DNA from: Candidatus Multivoradales bacterium
Lineage (GTDB): Bacteria > Acidobacteriota > Thermoanaerobaculia > Multivoradales > JAHEKO01
Direction: 5' to 3'
NCBI GenBank assembly: GCA_965248055.1
Contig: CBDFIJ010000004.1
Span: 640,001-704,000, forward strand
Length of the DNA stretch: 64,000 bases
In this document: positions 7,948-17,432 of the stretch, piece by piece
How the letters are laid out: every line of letters starts with the position of its first letter
Position numbering within the stretch: position 1 is the first letter of the stretch
The notes under the pieces: generated by a model
The model's database searches: none
Seen by the model: only the letters and a program-made list of their open reading frames with translations
Told to the model about the DNA's origin: nothing
Position numbers and translations under genes: made by a program

Positions 7948-9174
7948 ATGAATCTGAAACGGCGAAGCCAACCAGCCCGCAAATTGATCTGGTTCCTCAG
8001 CATCAGCCCTGTTGCTGCCTTGCTCTTTCTTGGGTCGTGCTCCGACGGGGGGGGCAACAGCAGCTCGAACCTGGCAGCAGCGAAAGCGGATAAGCCAGTT
8101 CTTTCGTGGACCCACCTAAACGTTCCTGAACCACCCAACTTTACGCCAGAGCTAGCAAGTAGGGGGGAGCAGGTGTTCAAAGACAACTGTGCGAGCTGTC
8201 ATGGAGAGAGCGGCGCAGCTGACGGCACCTGTGCTGCCTTTTTATCCCCCCAACCAAGGAATTTCACCACCGGTATCTACCGCTTTAAGACCACACCTGG
8301 GGCGGAAATGCCAACCGACCAAGATCTCTTCCGTACCGTCTCGCTGGGAGTCCACAGTACCGGTATGCCCCCTTGGCAGTACTTGCTTTCTGAGGAGGAC
8401 CGCTGGGCGGTGGTGGCTCACTTGAAGACTTTCTCGGACAAGTTCGAGAGCCGAGGGGCAGGGACCCCAGTGGATCTAGGAGACGAGCCGGCAACCATAA
8501 GCGAAGAGATGGTTACCCGTGGCCGAGAGGCGTACGTTAAGGGCCAATGCGGGAAATGCCACGGCGAAGGAGGCTATGGAGACGGTCCGTCTTCGCTCAC
8601 CCTTGAAGATGCCTTCGGCAACGCAATTCCACCGAGGAATTATCATAAAGCGGCAGATTTCAAGCGTGGGCACACCCTGCGCGACATCGCGCTGACGATT
8701 AACACCGGAAATAACGGCACACCAATGCCAGCCTTCAACGAGGCCTTCAGCGAACAAGAGGTCTGGGATCTGGCTGCGTACATTCACAGCCTTGCAGAGT
8801 TACGCTTTGCCGGCGGCGGCACTCCCGCCGCTGCGGTTATGGGAACGGAGCTTGGTGAGCCCGACGTAGTCATTGAGCTGACCGAGCGGCATTGGCAGTT
8901 CATCCCCAACGAAATTCGTGTCCGTCAGGGACAGGTTGTGCGAGTCGACTTTCAGCCTACCGACAACGGCTTGGGCGTCGGCCACGGTTTTGCCATCGAC
9001 GGCTACGATAAAGCCGTTTTCATGAATGGTGTGTTGGTTCAGCGACCGAAGTCGGTTTCTTTCCTGGCGGCGAAAGCGGGAACCTTCACCTTCTACTGCG
9101 CCACCCAGTGCAGCACCGGTCCGCTTCACCCAAAGATGAATGGCAAACTCATCGTCGAGCCGGCCGAGAGCTAA
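7948..9174 (+). CDS. Lipoprotein diheme cytochrome c with a C-terminal cupredoxin (CuA-like) domain
   Basis: Lipobox LLFLGSC; CASCH...TGMPPW; CGKCH...TPMPAF; HGFAI...YCATQCSTGPLHPKM; AGGAGG before ATG 7948. Confidence 0.85.
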   Translation: MNLKRRSQPARKLIWFLSISPVAALLFLGSCSDGGGNSSSNLAAAKADKPVLSWTHLNVPEPPNFTPELASRGEQVFKDNCASCHGESGAADGTCAAFLSPQPRNFTTGIYRFKTTPGAEMPTDQDLFRTVSLGVHSTGMPPWQYLLSEEDRWAVVAHLKTFSDKFESRGAGTPVDLGDEPATISEEMVTRGREAYVKGQCGKCHGEGGYGDGPSSLTLEDAFGNAIPPRNYHKAADFKRGHTLRDIALTINTGNNGTPMPAFNEAFSEQEVWDLAAYIHSLAELRFAGGGTPAAAVMGTELGEPDVVIELTERHWQFIPNEIRVRQGQVVRVDFQPTDNGLGVGHGFAIDGYDKAVFMNGVLVQRPKSVSFLAAKAGTFTFYCATQCSTGPLHPKMNGKLIVEPAES

Positions 9175-9184
9175 GGAGATCTAC

Positions 9185-10975
9185 ATGAGCAAGCGAAGAA
9201 ACCAGTTTTGGATCCCGACCATAGTCCTTGTCGCGAGTCTGGTGTTGGTTGCCACCTGCCGTGCACCCAGCAGGACAGCACAAGGAGAAAGCAGCACAGC
9301 CAATCTCAGCAGCCGGACCTATGTTCCGGTCGGTCAATGGGATAAATACTACGCTTTCCTGTCTGGAGGCCAAAGTGGAGCCGTCTACGTCTACGGTTTG
9401 CCTTCGGGCAGGTACATTCGCAGTATTCCGGTCTACGAGCCTCGCGCTGGCTACGGTTACGCCAACGTCCCGGGAACGGAAAGTTACGAGAGACTGGCTG
9501 CGTCAGGGCCAATGTGGGGCGATACCCACCATCCAATCCTCTCCGAAAAGGGCGGGGACTACGACGGAAAGTCTCTGTGGATCAATGACAAAGCCAATAG
9601 CCGCATCGCCAGAGTCGATCTGTCGACCTTCGAGACCAAGGCGATAGCCAAAATCCCAAACCTGCAGGCGACCCACGGAATTGCGGTCATCTCCCCCGAC
9701 ACCAGCTATATCGTTGCCAACGGCGAGTTCCGTGCAGAGGTCCCGCCTGGACGCATTGACGTCGATAACTACGGCTCCATCATGGCCTTTCTTGACCCGA
9801 CGACTCTGGAGCCCCAGTTTGAGGTTCTTATGCCCGGCAATTGCGATATCAACGACTCGAGCAAGGATGGGCGCTGGGCCTTCACGACAATCTACAATCT
9901 TGAGGGGGCCGTGACCGTTGAGGGGATGATTCAGCGCGAAGAGGATGCCATCGGTGCGGTCGACATCCACGCCGCTGAGGCTGCGATTGAACGAGGTGAG
10001 TTCAAAGTTGTCAACGGCGTCAAGGTGATTGACCCCGAGGCAACCACCGAGAAGGTTGTCTATGTGATCCCGGTGCCAAAGAACCCTCACGGGTGCGACG
10101 TAACGCCGGATGGCAAGTACGTCATGGGTACCGGGAAGCTGTCACCGACGGTCACAGTAATCGATATCAGCAAGATCGACCAGGTCGAGAATCCCCGCGA
10201 TGCGATTGCTGGTCAACCCGACGTCGGCCTCGGGCCGCTGCACACGACTTTTGATGGTCGCGGCAACGCCTACACTTCGCTCTTTGTCGACTCACAGATC
10301 GTCAAATGGAACATCGAAAAGGCTATCGCCGGAGACCCTACCTACATTGTCGATCGGGTGGACGTACACTATAACGTTGGCCATACCCAGGCCACGCTTG
10401 CCGAGACAATGCACCCTACCGGGGAATACCTGGTGTCGCTCAACAAACTCTCAAAGGATCAGTACCTGCCTGTTGGCCCAACGATGCCGGAGGCGCAGGA
10501 ACTGATCGATATTTCGGGCGAGAAGATGACACTGCTGTCGTCATTCCCAGCCGAGCCCGAGCCGCACGACGCAGTATTCATGTTGGCTGAAGACCTGATC
10601 CCCAACGTTATCCAGACAGAAGAGCTCACCGCAGATGCAGTGCCAGAAGGGGGCAGTCGTGTAGAAAGGGTTGGACCCAACGAAGTCCACGTTTACATGA
10701 CTGCGATCCGCTCCAAGTACGGTCTTAACGATTTCACCGTTAAGCAAGGAGACAAGGTTACGATCACTCTCACCAACATCGAGACGATTCGCGACATGAG
10801 CCACGGTTTCGCAATCGAAGACTATGGCGTCAATCTGGCTTTGGACCCGGGACAGACGCGTGAAGTGACCTTCGTCGCCGAACATCCGGGTACCCACTGG
10901 TACTACTGCACCTGGTTCTGTTCGGCGCTTCATCTTGAAATGAGAGGGAGGATGCTGGTCGAAGAGAATGGGTAG
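9185..10975 (+). CDS. nosZ: Nitrous-oxide reductase
   Basis: CuZ histidines GDTHH, ATHG, PKNPHG, LGPLH, VGH, EPHD; CuA HGF...YCTWFCSALHLEM; AAGGAG before ATG 9185. Confidence 0.97.
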   Translation: MSKRRNQFWIPTIVLVASLVLVATCRAPSRTAQGESSTANLSSRTYVPVGQWDKYYAFLSGGQSGAVYVYGLPSGRYIRSIPVYEPRAGYGYANVPGTESYERLAASGPMWGDTHHPILSEKGGDYDGKSLWINDKANSRIARVDLSTFETKAIAKIPNLQATHGIAVISPDTSYIVANGEFRAEVPPGRIDVDNYGSIMAFLDPTTLEPQFEVLMPGNCDINDSSKDGRWAFTTIYNLEGAVTVEGMIQREEDAIGAVDIHAAEAAIERGEFKVVNGVKVIDPEATTEKVVYVIPVPKNPHGCDVTPDGKYVMGTGKLSPTVTVIDISKIDQVENPRDAIAGQPDVGLGPLHTTFDGRGNAYTSLFVDSQIVKWNIEKAIAGDPTYIVDRVDVHYNVGHTQATLAETMHPTGEYLVSLNKLSKDQYLPVGPTMPEAQELIDISGEKMTLLSSFPAEPEPHDAVFMLAEDLIPNVIQTEELTADAVPEGGSRVERVGPNEVHVYMTAIRSKYGLNDFTVKQGDKVTITLTNIETIRDMSHGFAIEDYGVNLALDPGQTREVTFVAEHPGTHWYYCTWFCSALHLEMRGRMLVEENG

Positions 10976-11624
10976 ACCTGTGTTCGTCACGGTGGCGATG
11001 CTACTCGTCGCCACCTTGGCGCTGCCCCTGTGGTCGACTCGGATGGAGGCGCCACAGTACAAAGGTGACGAAGCGCTAGAGGTCGAGGTTTACGCTGGCC
11101 GCGTTCAGGGAGACATCGACGAGATCGAACTGCTAAACCAATACGTCGGAGTCCACCTGCCTCTTGGCACTCCAGAACTTGTCGCTGCGCCCTGGGTCTT
11201 GGGCTCCTTCTTGTTGATCGCCCTGATTGCTGTGGCGCTCCCCCTCACGCAACGCCGACGTGTTGCGGTTGTTCTTAGCATCGTGATGCTCGGAGTGATA
11301 CTGGGCGGCGCTACTGTATTGCAGTACCGTCTATATCAAATGGGGCACCAACGCAGTCCAACAATCATGAATGGTGTTGATGACTTTACTCCTCCCATTT
11401 TGGGCTCGAAAAAGATCGCCAACTTCACCGTCTACATGAATCTCGGAATCGGTGCCTGGGCCTATCTAGCTGCGCTACTCCTGCTCGCTTGGTCTCTATG
11501 GCGGTGGTCGCCCAAAGGCGACCCCGAACTCTGGCGGAGAAATCGGTCAGCGAACAGCAATCGAATTCAAAGGTGTCTCAACCGATTTCCTCGAAACTTC
11601 CCGTCACCCGATAATCAGGCATGA
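10968..11624 (+). CDS. nosB: NosB-like polytopic membrane protein
   Basis: LPLW...APQY...EIELLNQYVG...FTPPILGSKKIANF, typical of the membrane protein found after clade II nosZ. Confidence 0.75.
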   Translation: MGRPVFVTVAMLLVATLALPLWSTRMEAPQYKGDEALEVEVYAGRVQGDIDEIELLNQYVGVHLPLGTPELVAAPWVLGSFLLIALIAVALPLTQRRRVAVVLSIVMLGVILGGATVLQYRLYQMGHQRSPTIMNGVDDFTPPILGSKKIANFTVYMNLGIGAWAYLAALLLLAWSLWRWSPKGDPELWRRNRSANSNRIQRCLNRFPRNFPSPDNQA

Positions 11625-13072
11625 TCACCAAAACGAGTCCAGGTCAGATCCATCCACCGGCTGGCCACCCGGGATGGGGCATTGCGGCAGCTCTAGCGAG
11701 TGCGGTAATGCTCCTGGCCCTGCTGGTCGGTGGAATGGTGCTGATTCCCCGTTACCGCGCAGCTAACCCAGCGAGTGACCTTCAACTGAGCGATGCTGAT
11801 CGGGTGTCAATCGACGATCTCTACCTAGACCTGACGATCGTCACTCCAAAGTTCCTCGCCAGCCGGAACCTTGAACGCTTCTTGGGTGGACACGAGGCGG
11901 ATACCGTTCTGCCTTTGATTGTTGGGGTAAACGCTCACAAAGGCTCCATCGAACACATGCATCACCTAGACGGCGATGTGCATCTCCTTGACACCGATGG
12001 AGCGCGCTACCCGGCCCTCACCGAACCGATCGTGCTGACCGAACATCACAACGCCTACATGCTGCTATTCCCGCCACGGGATAACCACGGGAGTCCCTTC
12101 TTGCACGCCGAGGAGGGGAGTATCGTCGTTGAAGTTACTGGGATGGGGGCGGTTCCTGTTCGTAGATTCGAGTGGCAACTACCGCTCGACGAAAGTACCG
12201 AATCTGGGGTGCTAGGCGTTCTGATGCTGTTGGTAGCGCTCACCGGAGCTCTGCTGGTTGTGCTTTCGCCGTGTGCTCTCGAGCTAACTCTTTACTACAC
12301 AGCGATTATCTCGGCGACGATTGATGAAAGTGAAAAAGAAGTCGTGGCGAAGGGAGGCCTCGCTGCCGCTGACGGAGTTCGCCGACGAGTCCTGATCAAC
12401 CTTGGGAGTTTCGTCGCTGGCTTTACCCTCCTCTACTCCGCTGCCGGAGCGACAGTAGGCCTGATTGGGCAGGGAGTGCGCCAACCGCTTGGCGAGTACG
12501 GCGTTCTGATCCAAATTGCGGGAGGTGGCCTGATTCTCTTCTTTGCTCTTAAAGTCCTTGGACTCAATCAGTGGATTGGTCGCCGATTGGGATCCTCAGA
12601 TCTCCGAATCCCCGTACTCGGTCGGTGGTACCCCGCTCTAACGGGCGGGCTAAGACGCGCTTTGACTCGGCTCCGCTTTCGCGGTGAGAGCCGCGCAACA
12701 GAGCACGGGACGATGCGAGCCACTGACTCGTTTCTGGTTGGCATGGGGCTGTCATCAGCTTGCCTTGGCTGTATGGGGGGCGCGGTCCTCTACCCTCTTC
12801 TGGTTTACGCTGGAATCACCTCATGGTACTCAGGGCTCATTACCTTGGCCCTTTTCTCGCTGGCTATTGCTTTGCCAATGGTCACAATTGCCCTCGGGTT
12901 CTCGCGAATTCGACTCACGCTTGGCACTAGACCTGGAGTTACTCACACGCTGAAGTACGCCAGCGGTGTTCTGCTTGCCGGAATAGGCCTTCTGATCATT
13001 ACCGGCCGCGAACGGCTGATCACCGACGTGGCGTTCAAGTTCCTCGCCAATGTCACCCAGTGGTTCGCCTGA
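11621..13072 (+). CDS. CcdA/DsbD-beta-like transmembrane thiol reductant carrier with an N-terminal His-rich extracytoplasmic domain
   Basis: LSPCALEL and SSACLGCMGG motifs in a multi-TM domain; soluble domain with HKGSIEHMHH and EHH. Confidence 0.7.
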   Translation: MITKTSPGQIHPPAGHPGWGIAAALASAVMLLALLVGGMVLIPRYRAANPASDLQLSDADRVSIDDLYLDLTIVTPKFLASRNLERFLGGHEADTVLPLIVGVNAHKGSIEHMHHLDGDVHLLDTDGARYPALTEPIVLTEHHNAYMLLFPPRDNHGSPFLHAEEGSIVVEVTGMGAVPVRRFEWQLPLDESTESGVLGVLMLLVALTGALLVVLSPCALELTLYYTAIISATIDESEKEVVAKGGLAAADGVRRRVLINLGSFVAGFTLLYSAAGATVGLIGQGVRQPLGEYGVLIQIAGGGLILFFALKVLGLNQWIGRRLGSSDLRIPVLGRWYPALTGGLRRALTRLRFRGESRATEHGTMRATDSFLVGMGLSSACLGCMGGAVLYPLLVYAGITSWYSGLITLALFSLAIALPMVTIALGFSRIRLTLGTRPGVTHTLKYASGVLLAGIGLLIITGRERLITDVAFKFLANVTQWFA

Positions 13073-14298
13073 TCCCTGTTCTCAGCTGTCTTGCGACCTT
13101 CGCTATTCCTGCGCAGGCCGCTCAGATTGTTGTCGATCCCGGTGAACTGAAAGCCGCCCTTCTAGATGCGGCTCCAGGCGACACCCTCAGGCTGCTGCCG
13201 GGGGTTCATTCCGGCCCAATCACCATCGACCTTCCGCTCCGACTGGAAGGCGCACCAGGGGCGGTTCTCGAAGGACCAGGAGTCGGTACCGTACTGACTC
13301 TGACAGCCGATGGGATCACTATCACGGGCCTCACGGTGCGCGGCTCCGGTAGCGATCTCTCACGGGACGAAGCGGTGATTCTGATAAAGCAAGCACAGGG
13401 CATAACGATTGAAAACTGCCTTGTGGAGGCGAAAGCTTTCGGTATCTATCTGGAGTCCGGAAGGGGGCACCGCATTCGGCGCAATCAGGTACTAGGGGAC
13501 ACGTCATTGCAGGTGGCTCGAAGAGGCAACGGCATTCACCTGTGGCAGACCGAAGACAACGAGATTCTAGATAATCGCCTAGTCGACGTGCGAGACGGAA
13601 TCTACTTGTCGTTCGCCCACGACAATGTGATCCGCGGAAACCGGGGACAAGGACTGCGCTACGGTATTCACTACATGTATTCGGAACGAAATACCCTGTC
13701 TGAGAACCATTTCAGCAACGGTATCGGTGGAATCGCTCTGATGTTTTCGATGCGCAATCGAATTGAGAACAACGACACTTTCAACAACCGTGACTTCGGC
13801 ATCTTGTGCCAGCAGATAGAGAACTCGCAGATTGAGGGTAACCGCGCGTTCGGAAACGGCCGTGGTTTCTACCTTGAGAACTCCGCCATCAATCGGTTCG
13901 TGGGCAACCGGTTGAAAGCCAATGGCGTAGGTGTCTATCTCACCGCCGGCTCAGAGCAGAACGTGTTTACCCACAATCACTTTGTCGGTAACTTGGTTCA
14001 GGTGTTCGAAGACCATCCAGGTATCAACACCTTTTTCGATCAACAGCAGGGTAACTTCTGGGGCGACTACGCTGGTTTTGACTGGAACGGCGACGGAATC
14101 GGTGAAACCCCATACCGCTTGAACACCGCGGCTTCCGCGTTGATGGCGCGAAAGCCGATAGCTCGTTGGTTTTGGATGAGCCCGGCACTGGCCCTTCTGG
14201 AATGGTGGGATACCCGCATAGCAAAAGCCAAAGTCCAGAGCTTTGATCCATTCCCGCTGATTGGCTCTAACGTCGAAGCACAGCAGGTGTTGCAGTGA
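13060..14298 (+). CDS. nosD: Nitrous oxide reductase maturation protein NosD
   Basis: RRGNGIHLW...RDGIY...LRYGIHYMYS...GNFWGDYAGFDWNGDGIGETPY; beta-helix. Confidence 0.95.
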   Translation: MVRLIPVLSCLATFAIPAQAAQIVVDPGELKAALLDAAPGDTLRLLPGVHSGPITIDLPLRLEGAPGAVLEGPGVGTVLTLTADGITITGLTVRGSGSDLSRDEAVILIKQAQGITIENCLVEAKAFGIYLESGRGHRIRRNQVLGDTSLQVARRGNGIHLWQTEDNEILDNRLVDVRDGIYLSFAHDNVIRGNRGQGLRYGIHYMYSERNTLSENHFSNGIGGIALMFSMRNRIENNDTFNNRDFGILCQQIENSQIEGNRAFGNGRGFYLENSAINRFVGNRLKANGVGVYLTAGSEQNVFTHNHFVGNLVQVFEDHPGINTFFDQQQGNFWGDYAGFDWNGDGIGETPYRLNTAASALMARKPIARWFWMSPALALLEWWDTRIAKAKVQSFDPFPLIGSNVEAQQVLQ

Positions 14299-15029
14299 TG
14301 ACAGGTGTCCAATTCGTCAAAGCCGGACGTCGCTTTGGTCGCCACCTGGCACTTCACAACCTGGATCTCGACTGCCCACGAGGGGTCTTGACTTGCCTTG
14401 TGGGTCCCAATGGCGCTGGCAAATCAACCGCGTTAGCACTGGCAGCAGGCCTTCTGGCACCAACGACGGGGGCAGTTGTCAACGGTGGCCGCCCGGTGCG
14501 CCTATCCGGGCCACTAGAGGACACAGGCTATCTCCCTCAGCGAAGTGCTTTTCACCCTTCGTTCACCGTCAGCGAAGTCCTAGATTTCACAGTCGCAGCT
14601 CGCGGCAACAGCAACCTTGTGAGGTGCCAAGCACTGACCGTCACCGGACTGGATTCAGTACTTGATCGTTCTGTCGGCGAGCTCTCGGGCGGTTGGATCC
14701 GACGCCTCGGCCTGCTTTCGGCATTGCTGGGGTCACCCGCCGTGCTACTCCTCGACGAACCCTTCGTCGGGCTCGACCCTGAAACCCACGATCGCTTGCT
14801 GGCACACCTCGCGTCGCGTCTACAGTCCGGTGCAACCATCCTCATGGCCAGCCACGAATTCGAAGCTGCAGACCCATTGCATCCTAAAGTGGCAGTCCTC
14901 GAAGAGGGTCGTCTGCTCCTCACCGCTCAAGTGTCGGGCGACACGCCGAATGGCAACTCCTCCAGCCGCTCTTTCTACCGTCGAGCTCTACAGAAGGGTT
15001 CGATTCCCACCCAACAAGAGAAGGAATGA
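14295..15029 (+). CDS. nosF: ABC transporter ATPase NosF
   Basis: GPNGAGKS, LSGG, LLLDEP; located between nosD and the permease. Confidence 0.88.
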   Translation: MMTGVQFVKAGRRFGRHLALHNLDLDCPRGVLTCLVGPNGAGKSTALALAAGLLAPTTGAVVNGGRPVRLSGPLEDTGYLPQRSAFHPSFTVSEVLDFTVAARGNSNLVRCQALTVTGLDSVLDRSVGELSGGWIRRLGLLSALLGSPAVLLLDEPFVGLDPETHDRLLAHLASRLQSGATILMASHEFEAADPLHPKVAVLEEGRLLLTAQVSGDTPNGNSSSRSFYRRALQKGSIPTQQEKE

Positions 15030-15964
15030 TGATCCCTCTGCGCGCGCTGATGCTGGTAGCCCTGAGAGAGGTGCGGCTATTGCGCCGCAGCCGGGCAACA
15101 CTCGGCGCCGTCGCCTTGCTCGCTTCCGTGGCTTGGATGGCGGCAGTCCTGCAACCACTGCGCCGCGGTTCTTTGGGAGTCGCTTCGTTTACTGAGATGC
15201 AGCCTCTCCAGATTGCCCTGGGTGCAGTGATCTTGCCATTGCTTGCTCTGTTGGCAGGAGCTGAACTGTTTGCTGGCGAACTGGCGGAAGGGTCCCTGGT
15301 ACCGCTCTTGACTCTGCCGATTTCACGCCGAGCTTGCTTTGTCGGCAAGTGCCTCGGCCGTGGCATGACTCTTGGCATTCTCTATATCGTCGCGTTTGCG
15401 AGCGTCGGCGTCACCGTAGCAGTGGCACGGGGTGGGGCTGGTTGGAGGGACTGGATCGTGGTCACCGGCGCCGGCCTGCTGCTAGCGTTTTCGACCGGCT
15501 GCGTCGGTACGGCTCTCGGCGCCACAGGCAAAGGTCGTGTGCGGGCGTTTGGCGCGGCACTATTTACCTGGGTCATTCTTGTCTTCGCTCTCGACGCCTT
15601 ACTACTCACCTTAGTGATTGCGCTCGCTCCGCCTCCGCCAGATGGCATTGGTACGCATGGACATGGAGAAATCGCCGCTCCCCAAGGAACAATGCCAAGC
15701 CACGACCCACACGCCCGCGAGTCAGAGCCAGAGTCACCGAGAGCTGGAGGGCTATCCAAGCGACTTATGGCCCTGAGCCCTGTCAGTCTCTTTCGTTTGA
15801 CCTGCCTGGCGGCAAGCAAGAGCTTGAAGCCTCGGCTCACCTTGGCACTGCCAGGCGACAGCCCGGCCGAACTCTGGACAACGCTATCCATCGGGTGGTT
15901 GATTTGGATAATGGCTCCGCTTGCTTTCGGGTTACGTCGATTCCTTCGCGCCAGCCTGAGTTAA
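15026..15964 (+). CDS. nosY: ABC permease NosY
   Basis: AGELAEGSLVPLLTLPISR...GK motif; multi-TM; context. Confidence 0.85.
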   Translation: MMIPLRALMLVALREVRLLRRSRATLGAVALLASVAWMAAVLQPLRRGSLGVASFTEMQPLQIALGAVILPLLALLAGAELFAGELAEGSLVPLLTLPISRRACFVGKCLGRGMTLGILYIVAFASVGVTVAVARGGAGWRDWIVVTGAGLLLAFSTGCVGTALGATGKGRVRAFGAALFTWVILVFALDALLLTLVIALAPPPPDGIGTHGHGEIAAPQGTMPSHDPHARESEPESPRAGGLSKRLMALSPVSLFRLTCLAASKSLKPRLTLALPGDSPAELWTTLSIGWLIWIMAPLAFGLRRFLRASLS

Positions 15965-16345
15965 GCCTAAGAATTTTCTCTCGCGACTGGACGCAACAGC
16001 GTCCCCTGTTGCTCGCCGAACAACGAAATCATAGGTGGCAAAATTGTTGGGATGCCGAGCTTGAAAACATATTCCAGCTTCGTCGGTCAACCTGTCGTTG
16101 TAATTGTGGAATCCGCAGTTAGCATCTGGGGTGACGTCACCCTTGACTGGAAAGACCTCTGCTGAGCAGCGATTGTTGTCAACCCGCAGCACCATCTTGA
16201 ACCCCGATGCGTTCAGTGCGGCTGAAATCAACTCGTGGCTCAAGCTATGTTGTTTCCCAATACGCTGCATCGGAAATCGCATAGCGGCAACGTTGCCGCA
16301 GCGATCAACCGACGACAAGCTAAACAAAGAGCTGTTCAGAGGCAT
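15965..16345 (-). pseudogene. Possible C-terminal remnant of a large hypothetical protein
   Basis: Protein-like stretch LRVDNNRCSAEV...CGFHNY...ARHPNNFATYDF with no convincing start. Confidence 0.25.
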
Positions 16346-16420
16346 CTCTAACCCAATGAGAACCACCGCATCTCGGCGACGTCGCTTTGAGCACTGGGTC
16401 GAGAGGCGATAAAAGGAGAA

Positions 16421-16939
16421 ATGACTATGTGGGTTGGAGCGATTCGCCTGACCGTGGAAACTGCCGATCAACCCTACGCTGGAACCGATAGCCTGATCCG
16501 AGCATCGTTTCGACGTAACGGCTCTGAAATGCGGCTACTCAACTTGGACTACCCCACTCTGGACGACCACGAGCGCGGAGCTATTCGCAACTACGATTAC
16601 ATCGGGGCTACCAAGTTGCCGCGCAGAAACGACAAAACCCCAGAGTTGCCTCCAGGCATCGGCCAGATTCCCATGCCCTACCCTGGATACGGCATCGAGT
16701 TCTCAGATGGCATGAACGGCCACCTCTCCATCCGGCTAAAGATCCATGGTGATGACATGTGGATCAAAGACAAGGTGGATTTATACGTTCAGCAGATCCG
16801 CCAAGTTGCCACGAGCTTCGACACCCTTGCCTGGATTCGCGATAGCCACTGGACCTACGTCGCGAGTTGGACCCAGGACGTTGCGCTAAGCACTGACTCT
16901 GGTGAAGGGGTTACTGTCTGGACTCTGGTGTTGAATTAG
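16421..16939 (+). CDS. PLAT/LH2-like domain protein
   Basis: LTVETADQPYAGTDS...ERG...IHGDDMW; AAGGAG RBS. Confidence 0.6.
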   Translation: MTMWVGAIRLTVETADQPYAGTDSLIRASFRRNGSEMRLLNLDYPTLDDHERGAIRNYDYIGATKLPRRNDKTPELPPGIGQIPMPYPGYGIEFSDGMNGHLSIRLKIHGDDMWIKDKVDLYVQQIRQVATSFDTLAWIRDSHWTYVASWTQDVALSTDSGEGVTVWTLVLN

Positions 16940-17034
16940 CGCCTTCGCCCCGCGTTCTCATAGCTGACCGGGTCCTACCGTGAGCCCGTCTGAACGACTT
17001 CGCCAGGGAGCAGGCCACTCGCTAGAATCAAGCA

Positions 17035-17223
17035 GTGGATCCATTTTCCAATAATTCTGGTCACAAACAGCGGTCTCTGAAGAAGAAAATCCTCGAAAAG
17101 TTTGATTCGTTGTTTGGCTCGGCAGTCGACATCACTTTGATCGCAATCGCAGTGATCGTTCTCGCTTTCTGGATTTGGTTGATCTTTCGATTGGACCTTC
17201 TCGCTCTAGGTCGCCCGTCGTAG
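17035..17223 (+). CDS. Small single-pass membrane protein
   Basis: One hydrophobic helix; TAGAAT 6 nt upstream of GTG. Confidence 0.5.
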   Translation: MDPFSNNSGHKQRSLKKKILEKFDSLFGSAVDITLIAIAVIVLAFWIWLIFRLDLLALGRPS

Positions 17224-17432
17224 TACTGCGGTGTCCCGCGACCGGGCAGGCGTAGAGGTCAGCCAAAGCGTCCTTTCGGTCGGTCATCCCGGCGTCGCCC
17301 ACACCACAGCCTAGCCCCAAATAGAGCAAGAGCGCCGATCGGGATGGAACCGACCGACTCTCTGCAAGCCCCCGGTACGACCCTGACTAGAAGCCAGAGT
17401 CGTTGACGATTGGTTTGCGTTAGCTGTACCAG

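Noticed and set aside
9185-10975. Calling this NosZ a lactonase-type (clade III) enzyme
   Set aside because: It aligns by eye with canonical NosZ along its whole length; this cannot be supported without a phylogeny.
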